Below, one piece after another: positions 9,622-21,766 of a stretch of DNA of 64,000 bases. Origin of the DNA: Cladosporium halotolerans (Eukaryota); NCBI RefSeq assembly GCF_011745625.1, contig NW_027191464.1:372001-436000 (forward strand), given 5' to 3'. The notes under the pieces were generated by a model. That model ran no database searches and was not told the DNA's origin. It saw nothing but the letters and a program-made list of their open reading frames with translations. The translations under genes were made by a program, and so were the position numbers. Within the stretch, counting starts at the first letter, position 1. The number at the start of each line of letters is the position of its first letter.

Positions 9622-11778
9622 TCACTCCTCATCCCCAGCATCCTCCACATGCGCCCTCCTCAACCTCTCCGCCTCCGCCACCCTCGCCGCCTGCGCCGCC
9701 CCGTCCGGCGTCTGCGCATGCGGCGGCGGTCCTCCTCCACCAGCACCACCATTATCAATCTCCTGTTCCTCGCCCATCAAGCTCGCCTGCAGCTCCATCA
9801 TGCGCTGCGTGCGCTGCACGATCGTCTCCTCGTTGACGCCCGACGCCTGGATGCGGCGCTCGATCTCCTCCTCGGACGGCTGCGCCTCCGCCGCGCCGTC
9901 CGTGCCGGCACCATTCTGCCCGAACCAGGGGAAGAGGTTTGAGAAGAAGCCGTAGAGGCCTTGCAGCTCGCGCAGGTTCTCGGCGGCCGAGGAGGCTGCT
10001 GCTGCGCGGGGTGCGGCGCTGGCGTGCGGCTGAGAGGAGGTTTGATAGGAGGCGAGGTTGGTTGGGGGTGGGAGCGGGTCGGAGGTCGAGGTGAGTTGTG
10101 CGGTGTACTCGCGTGGGATGAGGGCAATGAGGGGTGGTGTGTCGGAGAGGAGAATCTGGCGGGCTTCGTTGAGCTGGATCTCTTCTGTGTCGGGTGCGGC
10201 GGGCTGGACTTCGGGTGGGAGGGCGGAGGCGATTTCGAGTAGGAAGTCGCAGATCTCGGGGGTGTTCCAAAGATCTTTCGCGCGGGTTGCGTAGAGCTCG
10301 GCATGGAGTTTCTCTCTGTCTGTACGCGGTGATTTGCCCCAGACGGCTGGTGGAGGGTCGATGCTGAGCTCTTGCATGAGGCGAGCGACAACCCAAGGGA
10401 AGCGGCCAATGGCTGTGAAGAGGGCCTGCTGGCCTTTGCTCTTGTTGCCGGCTCGGTATTCGGCAAGGGCCTGGCTCAATTGTACATTTGGCAGGCTGTT
10501 GTGAACAACCTTGAAGGTGGCATTGCGGCTAATGTTGAGGTAGTCCAGCGACTGCTGCGAACGGATGGCGTACTGGTCGAGTACGAGCCAGATGGCGTAA
10601 GGGTCGTCTTCAGGGGCCAGAGACAGGAGTAACTTCGCCCATTCGTAGACGGTTCGCCAGGTGGCACGCATGCTCAAGTTCTGCATGTACCTCCAGCTGG
10701 CAAGCCAGAACTCTCTGTTCTCAGGTCTGTTGAAGTCTAGGCGCGCTTTGCCCTCCGCGAGGTTTTTGGCGAACGTGCTATGTACCGCTCTACCAAGCGA
10801 GAAGAGAGCGCGCTCCAGAAGATCGCCCGAGGTAGCATGGTCGCGGTCTTGCTTTGCAATTTCGGACACCTGCAAGAGCGTGCTGATGTGGTAGGGGTTG
10901 TGCTGAAGCAGCACAACCAGCCGGTTCGGGTCCATTGATGCCACACAGCTCTCAAACTGCGATTGGACGTCTTGATAAGCGCGATTGTGCACATAGCGGT
11001 ATTCCACTGTTCCGTCGGCCTTCTTCTCGACCACCTCCATTCCAAGGCCACCTCCTGTAGCTACCGGCCACTCTTCCTTTCCTTGAACGAAGATGTTGCG
11101 ACGCAGTCCGAGAGATGCCAGACCGCCCGCTCGGCCACCCTGACCTCGCTGGCCTCTCAGCGCTTGCGCAAGGCCTACCTGCTGCACTCTTCTTTGCTGC
11201 CTCCTGTTGCCTCCAACATTGCCCGGCGCCCCTTGTCCGTCGTCGTCGTTTCCTTGCTCGAGAGCCGCGCGACCGAATAGACGTCGCATTTCATTTTGGG
11301 CATGAAGATGATATGTGTCAACGGCGAGGAGTTTCGAGGCCTCGTTGGTCGCCTCATTCACGCCGCCAGCCGTGTTGCCAGCTCCATTGCCAGAAGTAGA
11401 AAGTTGCTTGAGCGCAGCATCGATCTCGTCCATAGGCTCCTCTTTCTGCCCAGAAGTCTGCTGCGCAGGAGTACCAGGTGTAGCTCCACCGCTCTTGCCC
11501 TTTGCCTTCTTCTTCTTTTTCTTCTTAGAGGGCGCCTTTGCGGGGGTTGCTTGTACAGGCTGTTCTTCGATAGCAACGCCGCCCTCATCCTCGAGCTCTT
11601 CGGCTTCGTCATCGTCGTCCTCATTCTCTTCGCCCAGCATGGCAAACGCGCTCTTCTTTGTGGACGCGGCAACATATTCCTCCTCATCGTCGTCTTCTTC
11701 CTCCTGCTGCTGCAGCTTCTCTAGCTGTTCTTGCTCCTCGCGCTCGCGCTGCGCTTTGCGAAGAGCGCGCGACGACAT
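9622..11778 (-). CDS. RQC1: Ribosome quality control subunit Rqc1/TCF25 (Nulp1) family, 718 aa
   Basis: Starts MSSRALRK followed by an acidic/Lys-rich region. Core has PYHISTLLQVSE, DLLERALF, ENREFWLA and TVYEWAKLLLSLAPEDDP. Confidence 0.88.
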   Translation of the reverse strand: MSSRALRKAQREREEQEQLEKLQQQEEEDDDEEEYVAASTKKSAFAMLGEENEDDDDEAEELEDEGGVAIEEQPVQATPAKAPSKKKKKKKAKGKSGGATPGTPAQQTSGQKEEPMDEIDAALKQLSTSGNGAGNTAGGVNEATNEASKLLAVDTYHLHAQNEMRRLFGRAALEQGNDDDGQGAPGNVGGNRRQQRRVQQVGLAQALRGQRGQGGRAGGLASLGLRRNIFVQGKEEWPVATGGGLGMEVVEKKADGTVEYRYVHNRAYQDVQSQFESCVASMDPNRLVVLLQHNPYHISTLLQVSEIAKQDRDHATSGDLLERALFSLGRAVHSTFAKNLAEGKARLDFNRPENREFWLASWRYMQNLSMRATWRTVYEWAKLLLSLAPEDDPYAIWLVLDQYAIRSQQSLDYLNISRNATFKVVHNSLPNVQLSQALAEYRAGNKSKGQQALFTAIGRFPWVVARLMQELSIDPPPAVWGKSPRTDREKLHAELYATRAKDLWNTPEICDFLLEIASALPPEVQPAAPDTEEIQLNEARQILLSDTPPLIALIPREYTAQLTSTSDPLPPPTNLASYQTSSQPHASAAPRAAAASSAAENLRELQGLYGFFSNLFPWFGQNGAGTDGAAEAQPSEEEIERRIQASGVNEETIVQRTQRMMELQASLMGEEQEIDNGGAGGGGPPPHAQTPDGAAQAARVAEAERLRRAHVEDAGDEE

Positions 11779-13249
11779 TTTGATAACTGATTACGTGGAA
11801 AATAGTTGCCGGATTAGAGCAGTCCAAGTCAAGATGTGTTACATGCAACAAAGAAAAGTCGTAGCCGTTTGGTCGCAAGCAGCTGTGTGTCACGGCGCTG
11901 TGAGCGACCAAAAAGTCCAGCAATGACGGCATCCAAAACGGTCTGCGGTGACGAAACCTGAGGCCTGGACTGGCTTGCGCACACCAACGGTTTCCGACAA
12001 CGCGGGCACCGTTTTGCTGACACCGTTTCGCCGTTTTGGCCACTGCACGTGGGATTTGCAGTCCAATACCTCTGCCATTGCAAGCAGACTGGCATCGTTG
12101 AAGATGCTGTAGCTTTAAGAGCTCAGCGGCTGCAATCGCAACCCATCCTTACGCGCTTCGCGAAGGTTGCCAGGCCGCTCGAATCAGGGATAACGGAATA
12201 CTCGAGTCAGGCAGATCTCCTACTGTATCTTCGCAAGGTACCCCATGTGTACAGGGCCTTCGAGTCGACACTACAATAATCCCCAACTATATCCGTAGAC
12301 AAACGAGCTGCATACGGCCATCTCGCAGCGTTGATGATCCGAGGAACAGGATCTACGGCGCCATTTCCCAGCCGACTCCGTGAAACATGCATTACACCGG
12401 GACAGGCAGATGTCCCAAACCGTGTGCAGTGCCCAGCCGGACCATGCGCACATGCATACGCTCGCGTATTGATAACGATGACCATGGAGCCTGGGTGCGA
12501 TTGCGTCTTACGATTCTGACTGGAGACATGATACCAAGCAGCTAGCTGAGAATGCGAACGCGAGCCAAACGACCCAGCCGAGAAGCTATCAGCCCTGAGC
12601 AATAAGGTAGACGCGACTCAGCATACTTTTCCAGCATGGCGCCATTCTGCACAGTAGTGCGTGAGAATGTTTATTGCCTGGATTGACTTTCGGGCTCGGC
12701 CTGGCATGTAAGAATCATGGCTAGACGTCATCATACAACAACAGGCAGGTGAGACATCAGAGCCTCATGATGATTCTCAGCGGTGCACGCCTCACGAATC
12801 TTACAAGACAGTCGCTTGGATGGTAGGTCTAGATCGTGAGCTATTATACAGCCGCACACTATCACATAAGCTTGTTCCACTTATGGGGAGCGGGAGTGTT
12901 TGCAACCCCTGACTGTGGAGCGAATTGTCCGGAGGATTGAACGCGTCCAGCAATTGATACAATCACCCGCCTCCAAGCTCGGGCAGCACAGGGCGTGGGA
13001 ATAGTGCACAAACGGAGCTACGTGTGGCATTATCGACACTGTCTCCGTCTGCTTAGCAACGAGGTCGCGAAACCCAGGGCTGCTGAACTCCAGGCGACAG
13101 CAAAACCGTATGATTGACACGACGACTGCGGGGCGGAAGATAGAAGTAGCCATAGCCGCGAAATGAGCAGCATAACCTCGCTTGCATAAATGGCGAAGGG
13201 CGGCCAATCAGAGAAGGCCAACAACGAGGGCGACACGTGGGTGGCTGCT

Positions 13250-13267
13250 CGGATCAGGTCAGATCCG
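13250..13267. promoter_or_regulatory. Palindromic CGG-N12-CCG element (AtrR-response-element-like) upstream of the PDR transporter
   Basis: CGGATCAGGTCAGATCCG, ~460 nt upstream of ATG 13728. Confidence 0.45.
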
Positions 13268-13727
13268 CTGACGCCAAGCAATGCGCGCGACACGAGATAA
13301 ACGAGCCCGGATGCGGTCGAGCCGGGACAGGGCTGGCCTCGCAAAAGTGCACGCTGTCTGCACAGCATTCGCCGCTAGAGCACCACTACCCACGCTTGGT
13401 GCTCGGTCTTCCCGCCAGCACGCCTCTCGCCCGCCGAGGAGCGCCTTCCGGGGTGGTGGCTCATGGGCCATCATCCCGCTCGGCCGCTTGCACATGGCAT
13501 CCCGTGTGAATAAAAGTTTCCGCCTCCGTGTCCTGCTGTCGTCGATACATACAAAGGGTCTCCCGCCGTTGTCAGAACCAACGGCCGAGCCTGCCTTACG
13601 CCACTTCTCCATCTACAACTAATTTGTACATCCTTCTGCGAGAGGTTTCGCCAATACTCAGCTTTAATATCCCTTTCAATTTCTTCCAACACATCATTGG
13701 AGTGGCGAGCTAACAACAACCGCCACC

Positions 13728-16700
13728 ATGTCCCTCGTGGGCAACTTTGCCTTTGGCAACTACGACCGCACCGCTGAGACGAGCGGTGCTCAAGACGGCG
13801 GCACAGGGTTTCTTCGTCGCTCAAGTCTCACAGATCAGGATCCGGTGCGCGAAGCACACCGGGAAGAGCGCCGCAACAGTCTGGCACGCACAATTTCTAG
13901 GAACCGACAAGCTTCGAATGCATCGGCAACGGAGCGACCGGCGGTTAACCGTGAGGCAACTTACGCTACCGCACAAACACACCTCAGCCGAGGCAACACA
14001 CAGCAGGATGGCCTCTACACGGTTGGGGCCACGCCGATCAACGAGAAGATCGATGAGGTCGACCGTTCCAAGGCCGGCCTCGAACGAACGGAAAGCGACT
14101 CCGAGGCGAGCGCTGAGGCCGATCGCCAGATGAAGACCGACAAGACGATCAACGAACTCGCAAGGTCTCTCACCAGGCAAAGCACGTGGTCTCATGTTCC
14201 CGGTAACCCCTTTCAGGCCGCCCCAGACTCGGAACTCGACCCCAACTCACCAAACTTCAAGGCGCGATCATGGGTGAAGAGCATGATCAAGCTCAACCAC
14301 GAGGAGAACAAGACCCCTGGCCGCACCTCCGGTGTCTCTTTCCGCAACCTCAATGTCCACGGTTTCGGTGCTGCCACCGATTACCAAGCTGATGTGGCCA
14401 ACATCTGGTTGAAGGCGGTTGACCCGATTAAGAATGCTCTTGGTCTTGCCAAACCTCGCAGAATCGACATCCTCAGAGACTTCGAAGGTCTGGTGAAGAG
14501 CGGTGAGATGCTAGTCGTCCTTGGCCCTCCCGGTTCTGGCTGCTCGACATTCCTCAAGACCCTCACTGGCGAGACTCACGGTTTCAATGTCGAGCAGGGT
14601 TCAGAATTGAACTACCAGGGCATTCCGGCCGAGGAGATGCATACCTGGCACCGTGGTGAAGCCATTTACACCGCCGAAGTTGACGTCCACTTCCCCATGT
14701 TGACAGTAGGAGACACCCTGGACTTTGCGGCTAGGGCCAGAGCTCCTAGGAACATTCCAGGAGGCGTCAGCAGGAAGGTCTACGCGCAGCACATGCGTGA
14801 CATGATGATGGCGACATTCGGTATCAGTCACACTGTGAACACCAGAGTCGGAAACGACTTTGTTCGTGGTGTCTCCGGTGGTGAGCGCAAGCGTGTGTCC
14901 ATTGCCGAAGCTGCCCTTAGCGGTGCTCCTCTCCAGGCGTGGGATAACAGTACTCGTGGTCTGGATTCTGCCAACGCCATCGAGTTCTGTAAGACGCTGC
15001 GCATCTCTACCGAGCTCGGTGGATCTGCAGCCCTGGTCGCTATTTACCAGGCGCCTCAGGCTGCTTACGATATTTTCGACAAGGTCATCGTACTCTACGA
15101 AGGGTACCAGATCTTCTTTGGCATCACTACAGAGGCTCGCGCATACTTTGAGAGAATGGGTTTCGTCTGCCCTGATCGCCAGACAGATTCCGATTTCCTC
15201 ACTTCCATGACCTCGCCGCAAGAGCGTATTGTGCGTGAGGGCTTTGAGAACCAGGTCCCCAGAACACCCGAAGAATTCGCTGTCAGATGGAAGAACAGCC
15301 CTGAGCGCGCCCAGCTGCTCAAGGATATCGAGATCTACAATCAAGAGAACCCTCTTCACGGCGAACAAGCACAGAAGTTCCTCGATTCTCGTCGCGCTCA
15401 GCAAGCCAAGAATACTCGCCGCAAGTCGCCCTACACTCTCTCCTACACCCAGCAGATTGAACTGTGTCTCTGGCGTGGATTCCAGCGCCTCAAAGGTGAT
15501 CCCAGCTTGACATTCACTCAGCTCTTCGGCAACATCATTATGGCTCTTATTATCGGTTCCGTCTTCTACAACATGCCGCAGAACACTGGCTCGTTTTTCC
15601 AACGTGGTGCGGTGCTTTTCTTTGCAGTGTTGATGAACGCCTTTGGATCCGCGCTCGAGATTTTGACGCTCTACGCCCAACGATCGATCGTCGAAAAGCA
15701 CAGCAGATACGCGCTCTACCATCCTTCTGCGGAAGCGTTCGCGTCGATGCTGACGGATATGCCCTACAAAATCCTCAACGCCATCCTGTTCAACTTGACT
15801 CTCTACTTCATCGCTAACCTCCGCCGTGAGCCTGGCGCCTTCTTCTTCTTCGTCTTCGTCAGCTTTATCGCCACGTTGGTGATGTCAATGCTGTTCAGAA
15901 CAATCGCCTCGGTTTCCCGGACACTGTCGCAGGCCATGGCTCCCGCTGCTATTATTATTCTCGGCATCGTTACTTTCACCGGTTTCGCCATCCCGACGCC
16001 ATACATGCTTGGATGGTGTAGATGGATCAACTACATCGACCCTATCGCCTATGCCTTTGAGTCGCTGATGGTCAATGAATTCCACAACCGCCAATTCATA
16101 TGCTCAGATGGCTCCTCGATTCCCCCTACAGGATCGTGGGAAGGTGGCCAGAGAGTGTGCTCGGCTATCGGCTCTGTTGCGGGCCAAGAGCAGGTCGATG
16201 GCGACGCTTACATCAACTCGGCATTCCTGTACTACAACAGCCACAAGTGGAGGAACGTTGGAATCCTCTTTGTATTCATGGTAGGCCTTTGCGTGTTCTA
16301 CATCGCCGCCACCGAGTTCATCTCTGCGAAGAAGTCGAAGGGTGAGGTTCTCGTTTTCCGCAGAGGCCACACCCCGACTTCCTTGAAGGAGAAGGTGTCC
16401 GACGAAGAGACTGCCGACAATGGCGCGGCGCTCGCGAAGAAGGAGAGCTACACTTCTGCCACCGACATCATCCAGAGACAGACTGCCATCTTCAGCTGGA
16501 GGAACGTCTGCTACGACATCAAGATCAAGAAGGAAGACAGGCGCATTCTCGACCATGTTGATGGATGGGTCAAGCCAGGTACCCTTACTGCCCTTATGGG
16601 TGTTTCTGGTGCCGGTAAGACTACTCTGCTCGACGTTCTTGCTACCCGTGTCACTATGGGCGTGATTAGTGGTGACATGCTTGTCGATGGTCGCCAGCGC

Positions 16701-18449
16701 GACGACTCCTTCCAGCGTAAAACCGGTTACGTTCAGCAGCAGGACTTGCATCTCCAGACGACCACTGTTCGTGAGGCTCTGAACTTCAGCGCTGTCCTAC
16801 GCCAGCCGGCCAGCGTCTCCCGCGAGGACAAGCTCGCTTACGTCGACGAGGTTATCAAGCTCTTGGATATGGAGGAGTACGCTGACGCTGTCGTCGGTGT
16901 GCCCGGTGAAGGTCTCAACGTCGAACAGCGTAAGCGTCTCACCATTGGTGTTGAACTCGCTGCTAAGCCTGAGCTTCTTCTCTTCCTCGACGAGCCGTCT
17001 TCCGGTCTGGATTCTCAAACATCCTGGGCTATTCTCGATCTGCTCGAGAAGCTTGCCAACTCTGGCCAGGCTATTCTATGTACCATCCACCAGCCTTCTG
17101 CCATGCTTTTCCAGCGCTTCGATCGTCTGCTTTTCTTGGCCAAGGGCGGCCGTACCGTTTACTTCGGCGAGGTCGGCGAGAACTCTCACACCCTTACGAA
17201 CTACTTCGAGCAGAACGGTGCCCACAAGTGCCCGCCTGACGCCAACCCTGCCGAATGGATGCTTGAAGTCATCGGTGCTGCACCTGGCTCTCATACCGAC
17301 ATCGACTGGCACCAGACCTGGCGCGACAGCAAAGAGTACCAAGAGGTTCACCGCGAACTCGACTTCCTCAGAGATGAACGCCCGAAGCAAGTCCCTCAAC
17401 CCGACAAGTCTAACGACAAGGAGTCTTACCGCGAATTTGCAGCTCCTTTCGGCTTGCAGCTTTGGGAGGTTACGAAGCGTGTCTTCGAGCAATACTGGCG
17501 CACCCCGTCTTACATCTACTCGAAGTTCGCTCTCTGTCTCATGTCCTCGCTCTTCATCGGCTTCATCTTCTTCCGCGCACCGCTCACCCAGCAAGGTCTC
17601 CAGAACCAGATGTTTGCCATCTTCTTGCTCTTCACTATCTTTGGCCAGCTGGTGCAGCAAATCATGCCGCATTTTGTCACTCAGCGCGCGCTGTACGAGG
17701 TCCGTGAGCGCCCGAGTAGAGCCTACTCTTGGAAGGCATTCATGATCTCCAACATTGCCGTCGAGATTCCGTGGAACGCTTTCATGGCCGTCGTCATCTT
17801 CTTCTGCTTCTACTACCCGATCGGCCTACAGAACAACGCCGCGGCAGCTGGTGCGACTCACGAGCGCGGCGCACTGTTCTTCCTCTTCACCCTTCAATTC
17901 CTTCTTTTCGCCTCCACCTTCACCAACATGATCATCGCCGGTATCGCCGACGCCGAAACCGGCGGCAACATCGCCAACCTGATGTTCTCCCTCTGCCTCA
18001 TCTTCTGCGGCGTCATCGCCTCTCCGCAAACCTTCCCCCGCTTCTGGATCTTCATGTACCGCGTCTCGCCCTTCACCTACCTCGTCTCCGGCATGCTCAG
18101 CGTCGGCCTTGCCGGCCAGACCATCAACTGCGCCGAGAACGAGTTCGTCCAGCTCTCGCCGCCCGCCGGCAGCACCTGCCTGCAGTACCTGGGCCCGCTC
18201 ATCAACGCCCCGGGCTCCTCCGCCAGCCTGCAGGCCGGCACGGAGAACAACACGGACGTCTGCAGCTTCTGCTCCTACACCAGCTCCGACTTCTTCCTCG
18301 AGCAGATCAGCAGCAGCTACGCCAACCGCTGGCGCGACTACGGCATCCTGTGGGCTTTCATCATCTTCAACATCTTCGCCGCCGTCTTCCTGTACTGGCT
18401 TGCACGTGTGCCGAAGAACAAGGGCAAGAAGAAGGAGAAGACCAACTGA
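13728..18449 (+). CDS. Full-size PDR/ABCG multidrug ABC transporter (Pdr5/Cdr1/AbcG1-like), 1573 aa, intronless
   Basis: (NBD-TMD)2 order. Degenerate Walker [10 protein letters not shown], signature [13 protein letters not shown] and WDNSTRGLD in NBD1; [23 protein letters not shown] and LFLDEP in NBD2. Confidence 0.96.
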   Translation: MSLVGNFAFGNYDRTAETSGAQDGGTGFLRRSSLTDQDPVREAHREERRNSLARTISRNRQASNASATERPAVNREATYATAQTHLSRGNTQQDGLYTVGATPINEKIDEVDRSKAGLERTESDSEASAEADRQMKTDKTINELARSLTRQSTWSHVPGNPFQAAPDSELDPNSPNFKARSWVKSMIKLNHEENKTPGRTSGVSFRNLNVHGFGAATDYQADVANIWLKAVDPIKNALGLAKPRRIDILRDFEGLVKSGEMLVVLGPPGSGCSTFLKTLTGETHGFNVEQGSELNYQGIPAEEMHTWHRGEAIYTAEVDVHFPMLTVGDTLDFAARARAPRNIPGGVSRKVYAQHMRDMMMATFGISHTVNTRVGNDFVRGVSGGERKRVSIAEAALSGAPLQAWDNSTRGLDSANAIEFCKTLRISTELGGSAALVAIYQAPQAAYDIFDKVIVLYEGYQIFFGITTEARAYFERMGFVCPDRQTDSDFLTSMTSPQERIVREGFENQVPRTPEEFAVRWKNSPERAQLLKDIEIYNQENPLHGEQAQKFLDSRRAQQAKNTRRKSPYTLSYTQQIELCLWRGFQRLKGDPSLTFTQLFGNIIMALIIGSVFYNMPQNTGSFFQRGAVLFFAVLMNAFGSALEILTLYAQRSIVEKHSRYALYHPSAEAFASMLTDMPYKILNAILFNLTLYFIANLRREPGAFFFFVFVSFIATLVMSMLFRTIASVSRTLSQAMAPAAIIILGIVTFTGFAIPTPYMLGWCRWINYIDPIAYAFESLMVNEFHNRQFICSDGSSIPPTGSWEGGQRVCSAIGSVAGQEQVDGDAYINSAFLYYNSHKWRNVGILFVFMVGLCVFYIAATEFISAKKSKGEVLVFRRGHTPTSLKEKVSDEETADNGAALAKKESYTSATDIIQRQTAIFSWRNVCYDIKIKKEDRRILDHVDGWVKPGTLTALMGVSGAGKTTLLDVLATRVTMGVISGDMLVDGRQRDDSFQRKTGYVQQQDLHLQTTTVREALNFSAVLRQPASVSREDKLAYVDEVIKLLDMEEYADAVVGVPGEGLNVEQRKRLTIGVELAAKPELLLFLDEPSSGLDSQTSWAILDLLEKLANSGQAILCTIHQPSAMLFQRFDRLLFLAKGGRTVYFGEVGENSHTLTNYFEQNGAHKCPPDANPAEWMLEVIGAAPGSHTDIDWHQTWRDSKEYQEVHRELDFLRDERPKQVPQPDKSNDKESYREFAAPFGLQLWEVTKRVFEQYWRTPSYIYSKFALCLMSSLFIGFIFFRAPLTQQGLQNQMFAIFLLFTIFGQLVQQIMPHFVTQRALYEVRERPSRAYSWKAFMISNIAVEIPWNAFMAVVIFFCFYYPIGLQNNAAAAGATHERGALFFLFTLQFLLFASTFTNMIIAGIADAETGGNIANLMFSLCLIFCGVIASPQTFPRFWIFMYRVSPFTYLVSGMLSVGLAGQTINCAENEFVQLSPPAGSTCLQYLGPLINAPGSSASLQAGTENNTDVCSFCSYTSSDFFLEQISSSYANRWRDYGILWAFIIFNIFAAVFLYWLARVPKNKGKKKEKTN

Positions 18450-18993
18450 GTGGTTTGGTTATGGCTTTAGTGTTTTCCGGTTAGCGTGGGCGTTAATTGT
18501 CTTTCCGGGAGAGGGATATAGACTGCGCTCGATTTTTCCTCACATATACAGACACATACTGCCGTGTGGCTCCTGTTTGGGCACCGGCTAATAAATAGAT
18601 TTCCGCGCGATGCGAGTTCTTTGCTAGACATGCACCAAATCATAAAGGCTTCTTATTACACAAGTACTACTTTCAGACCAACACCTGCTCCTGTTGAAAA
18701 TGGCAAGTCAAGGTTCATGTATCATGTGTCACAGCGACGACCGAGCATTCTGAATTGCTCCGCTCGCTGGTTTGACGAACAGTTTAGTGAGTATAAATGT
18801 ATCATTCGAATCTACAAATCGCTACTAATGGCGAGAAGAGGGTTGTAATATAGTGCTACAAGCCCGTGCGGATGCTGACTGAGACCCGCATATATCCAGG
18901 CCTCTGGGAAAGGAACTCCTCCTGAACTCCGACGCTGTTTCGAAAGACACGAGCCCCAAAACCAAACCACTCACAGACGAAAGAAACCCCCTC

Positions 18994-20853
18994 TCAAAGC
19001 TTAGCCTTGACGCCCTCCACGCCGTTCGACGCCGTCGCAGACGCCTCCTTGTTCAACTCCACGTTTCCCGTGCTCTCGCCGTTGCCGAAGAAGATCACCT
19101 GCACCGTCAGGTCGTCCCTGTACCGGCGGCTGTAGGGCGAGGGCAGCGTGAGCAGCGCGGAGATCATGTCCTTGTCCTTGCCACCAAGGGCGTTGCGGAC
19201 GAGGTGCGTGGCGGCGTTCTTGTCTTCGACGACGAAGCGCTCGTCCTTGCCGGACTCGACGCCCCACTGTTGCTGCCTGATGGGCGCGCGCTGGCCGCCT
19301 TCGGCGCCGTCGTCGTGGTGGTCGACGGGGAGGGAGGCCTTCTGCGTGGAGAACCAGGACTGCAGCCAGCTGGCGGTGGAGGTGCTGGTCTTGCTCGCGG
19401 AGGCTTGCTTCTCGAGCCATTGGCCGACGAGCCCAACGACTTCCTCGTTCGAGAGCATTTCCCAGAGGCCGTCGGTCGCAAGGACCACGAAGTCGCCTTG
19501 GGCGGGGTCGACTTTGGTTGTTGTTACGACGGGCTCTGCGGTCACGTAAGGCGGTGTTTTGAGGTGCTTGGAGGCTGTGCGACCGAAGAAGGACTTCTTC
19601 ATCTTATCCTGAGTTTCCTTGGTCCACTTGTACACGGCATCACCGAAAGCACGGCTGGGCTCAAGACCGCCGAGGATACGACCGTTCATGGTAACGTAGG
19701 GCTCGTTCGGGTGTTCAGCACGAAGACGGGCATCTTCGGAAGGAGTGCCACCAGTTTGGTCCTGAGAAAGCGCAGTCGCAGTCCATTTACCGCTTGAGCC
19801 CCTACGGCCAAGTACGGCACGGCTGTCACCAGTGCAAGCCACACGAAGCTCCTTGGAGCGGCTGTCGTAGAAACTCAGGAGCGCGCATGAGCCGGAAAGA
19901 GCAGGTGCCAGAAGTTCGGCAGCAACGCGCTTAGACTGGGCCTTCAGGACTTTCTGTACCGAGTCGTGGACGATGTCGTGATCGAGCTTGACGAAACCGC
20001 TCTTGATGGCAGCATCCACAGAGTCCGCAGTAGGGTAGGTAAGCTTAGGGTCTTGAAGGGCGGCTTTGTAGGTCGTGTTCAGCTCGCGTGCCACGTATGA
20101 CACCAGAGTCTCGCGAAGCTTCGCAGATGTCGTCCACCCAGCGTGGCCGTCAAAGACGCCCCAGAACATCCAGTCAGAACTGGTCTTGCCAGGCTCAGCG
20201 GCAGCAGTGGATCCGGGAACCTCAACGATCTTCTCGACATGGTCGTCCTCGATCGGATCGTTGCTGGGAATCTGCACCACGTCGTACCTGACCACTCCCT
20301 CGCCTCTGTTCACAAGATAGCTTTCCTCATTCTTCCTCAGTTTGGCAGCCGCTTGATCCGGCGTCAACATCTCCAGTACCTTCCTCCCTGAGCTGTCGGT
20401 CTCCTTGCTGATGGGAACGTCGGCGGGAATCTGAGCGGTGAAGAGTTGGCCTTGCTCGACGATGAGCGCTTTGCGAACAGCCTCTGGGACCTGGTCTGGT
20501 TCGAGTCCGCTGACAGGCGACGAAGACGACGTTGCGTATGCTGCAGATGGTGTACTCGTGTATCCCCTGGCCTGGCTTCCGGATAAGCTTGCGGCGGTCG
20601 TCGCTGCGTTTGCGCTAGTTCCTGCAGCGTTGTTTTGATATGCGTAGTAGATGGCACCGGCTCCCACGCCCAGCGCGAGAGGTGCGGAGAGGCGGCGGAA
20701 CTGCATGGACGAGTGTAGCGGGCGAAGGTTACGGGATGCTATCGAGCGCTGGAAGACGACATTGTTCGGTCCGCTGATGCGGAGACTTTTGATTGCTTTG
20801 CGCGGAGTCGGCCGGCGAAAGGTGCGCAAGTTCTGCACTATTGCACGGCGCAT
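18994..20853 (-). CDS. PTC5: Mitochondrial PP2C pyruvate dehydrogenase phosphatase
   Basis: Arg-rich mitochondrial presequence from ATG 20853. PP2C motifs SNDPIEDD, GVFDGHAG, ACTGDSRAVLG, SRAFGD, ATDGLWE and RRYRDDLTVQV. Confidence 0.9.
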   Translation of the reverse strand: MRRAIVQNLRTFRRPTPRKAIKSLRISGPNNVVFQRSIASRNLRPLHSSMQFRRLSAPLALGVGAGAIYYAYQNNAAGTSANAATTAASLSGSQARGYTSTPSAAYATSSSSPVSGLEPDQVPEAVRKALIVEQGQLFTAQIPADVPISKETDSSGRKVLEMLTPDQAAAKLRKNEESYLVNRGEGVVRYDVVQIPSNDPIEDDHVEKIVEVPGSTAAAEPGKTSSDWMFWGVFDGHAGWTTSAKLRETLVSYVARELNTTYKAALQDPKLTYPTADSVDAAIKSGFVKLDHDIVHDSVQKVLKAQSKRVAAELLAPALSGSCALLSFYDSRSKELRVACTGDSRAVLGRRGSSGKWTATALSQDQTGGTPSEDARLRAEHPNEPYVTMNGRILGGLEPSRAFGDAVYKWTKETQDKMKKSFFGRTASKHLKTPPYVTAEPVVTTTKVDPAQGDFVVLATDGLWEMLSNEEVVGLVGQWLEKQASASKTSTSTASWLQSWFSTQKASLPVDHHDDGAEGGQRAPIRQQQWGVESGKDERFVVEDKNAATHLVRNALGGKDKDMISALLTLPSPYSRRYRDDLTVQVIFFGNGESTGNVELNKEASATASNGVEGVKAKL

Positions 20854-21160
20854 GGTAAGAGCAGGGCCACGCAGCGAGGGAGCATGGATGAGAGGAAAAG
20901 AAAGCGATGTGGTGCGGCGATCAACAACCACCGGCCGTTGCCCTCCTTCAACCAACGCGTGCCGATGTGATCACCGGGGCGCTGAAAGCCCGCTGCTTCT
21001 GACTCTGGCCTAGCGCTGAGCTTGGCGGCGGCTGCAGCCGCAGCCCTCGCACACGCTCCCCAAATTTGACTGGGCAGGTCGAACTTTCGCAGCTTCAGTT
21101 TTGGAGACTCGCCAGCGACCACCGACATCGACTTTCGATACACCCTCCAACACCGTCGCC

Positions 21161-21766
21161 ATGCCTCAAGCCAGCAAGTCCAACAAGCCCACCGCCGGCA
21201 AGACCCAGCAGGGCCGCAGCGCCATCGAGGATGTCGTCGCCCGCGAGTACACCATCCACATGCACAAGAGGGTACGTTCAGTTTGATGAAGTCCACGGAT
21301 GGCTGCGACAAGCAAGCACACTCGCTGTGCGCGCTGTCCGGCATCGGGCGGAAGACTGAAAACAAGAGTTGAGTCTAATAAGTATACGCGATAACAGGTG
21401 CACGGTGTCTCCTTCAAGAAGCGTGCCCCCCGCGCCATCAAGGAGATCCGCGCTTTCGCTGAGAAGGCCATGGTACGTTAACATTCCTCATAGGTTTGGT
21501 CGCTGTATGCGACCAGATACCTCCCCTCAACCATCCTCCCGACTAACCATCTTTTCCAGGGTACCTCCGACGTCCGTCTCGACCCCCAGCTGAACAAGAA
21601 GGTCTGGGAGTGCGGTGTCAAGGGCGTTCCCTTCCGCCTCCGCGTCCGCATCTCCCGTAAGCGTAACGACGAGGAGGACGCCAAGGAGAAGCTGTACTCC
21701 TACGTCCAGGCCGTCAATGTCTCCAACCCCAAGGGTCTCCAGACCGCCGTTGTTGAGGACGCTTAA
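21161..21766 (+). CDS. RPL31: 60S ribosomal protein eL31, 130 aa. Exons 21161-21271, 21398-21472, 21560-21766
   Basis: Spliced product reads DVVAREYTIHMHKR|VHGVSFKKRAPRAIKEIR..AM|GTSDVRLDPQLNKKVW. Both introns are GTACGT..CAG. Confidence 0.97.

Noticed and set aside
14601..17672. Long antisense ORFs inside the ABC transporter (and similar ones in other genes)
   Set aside because: Shadow frames caused by strong sense-strand codon bias.
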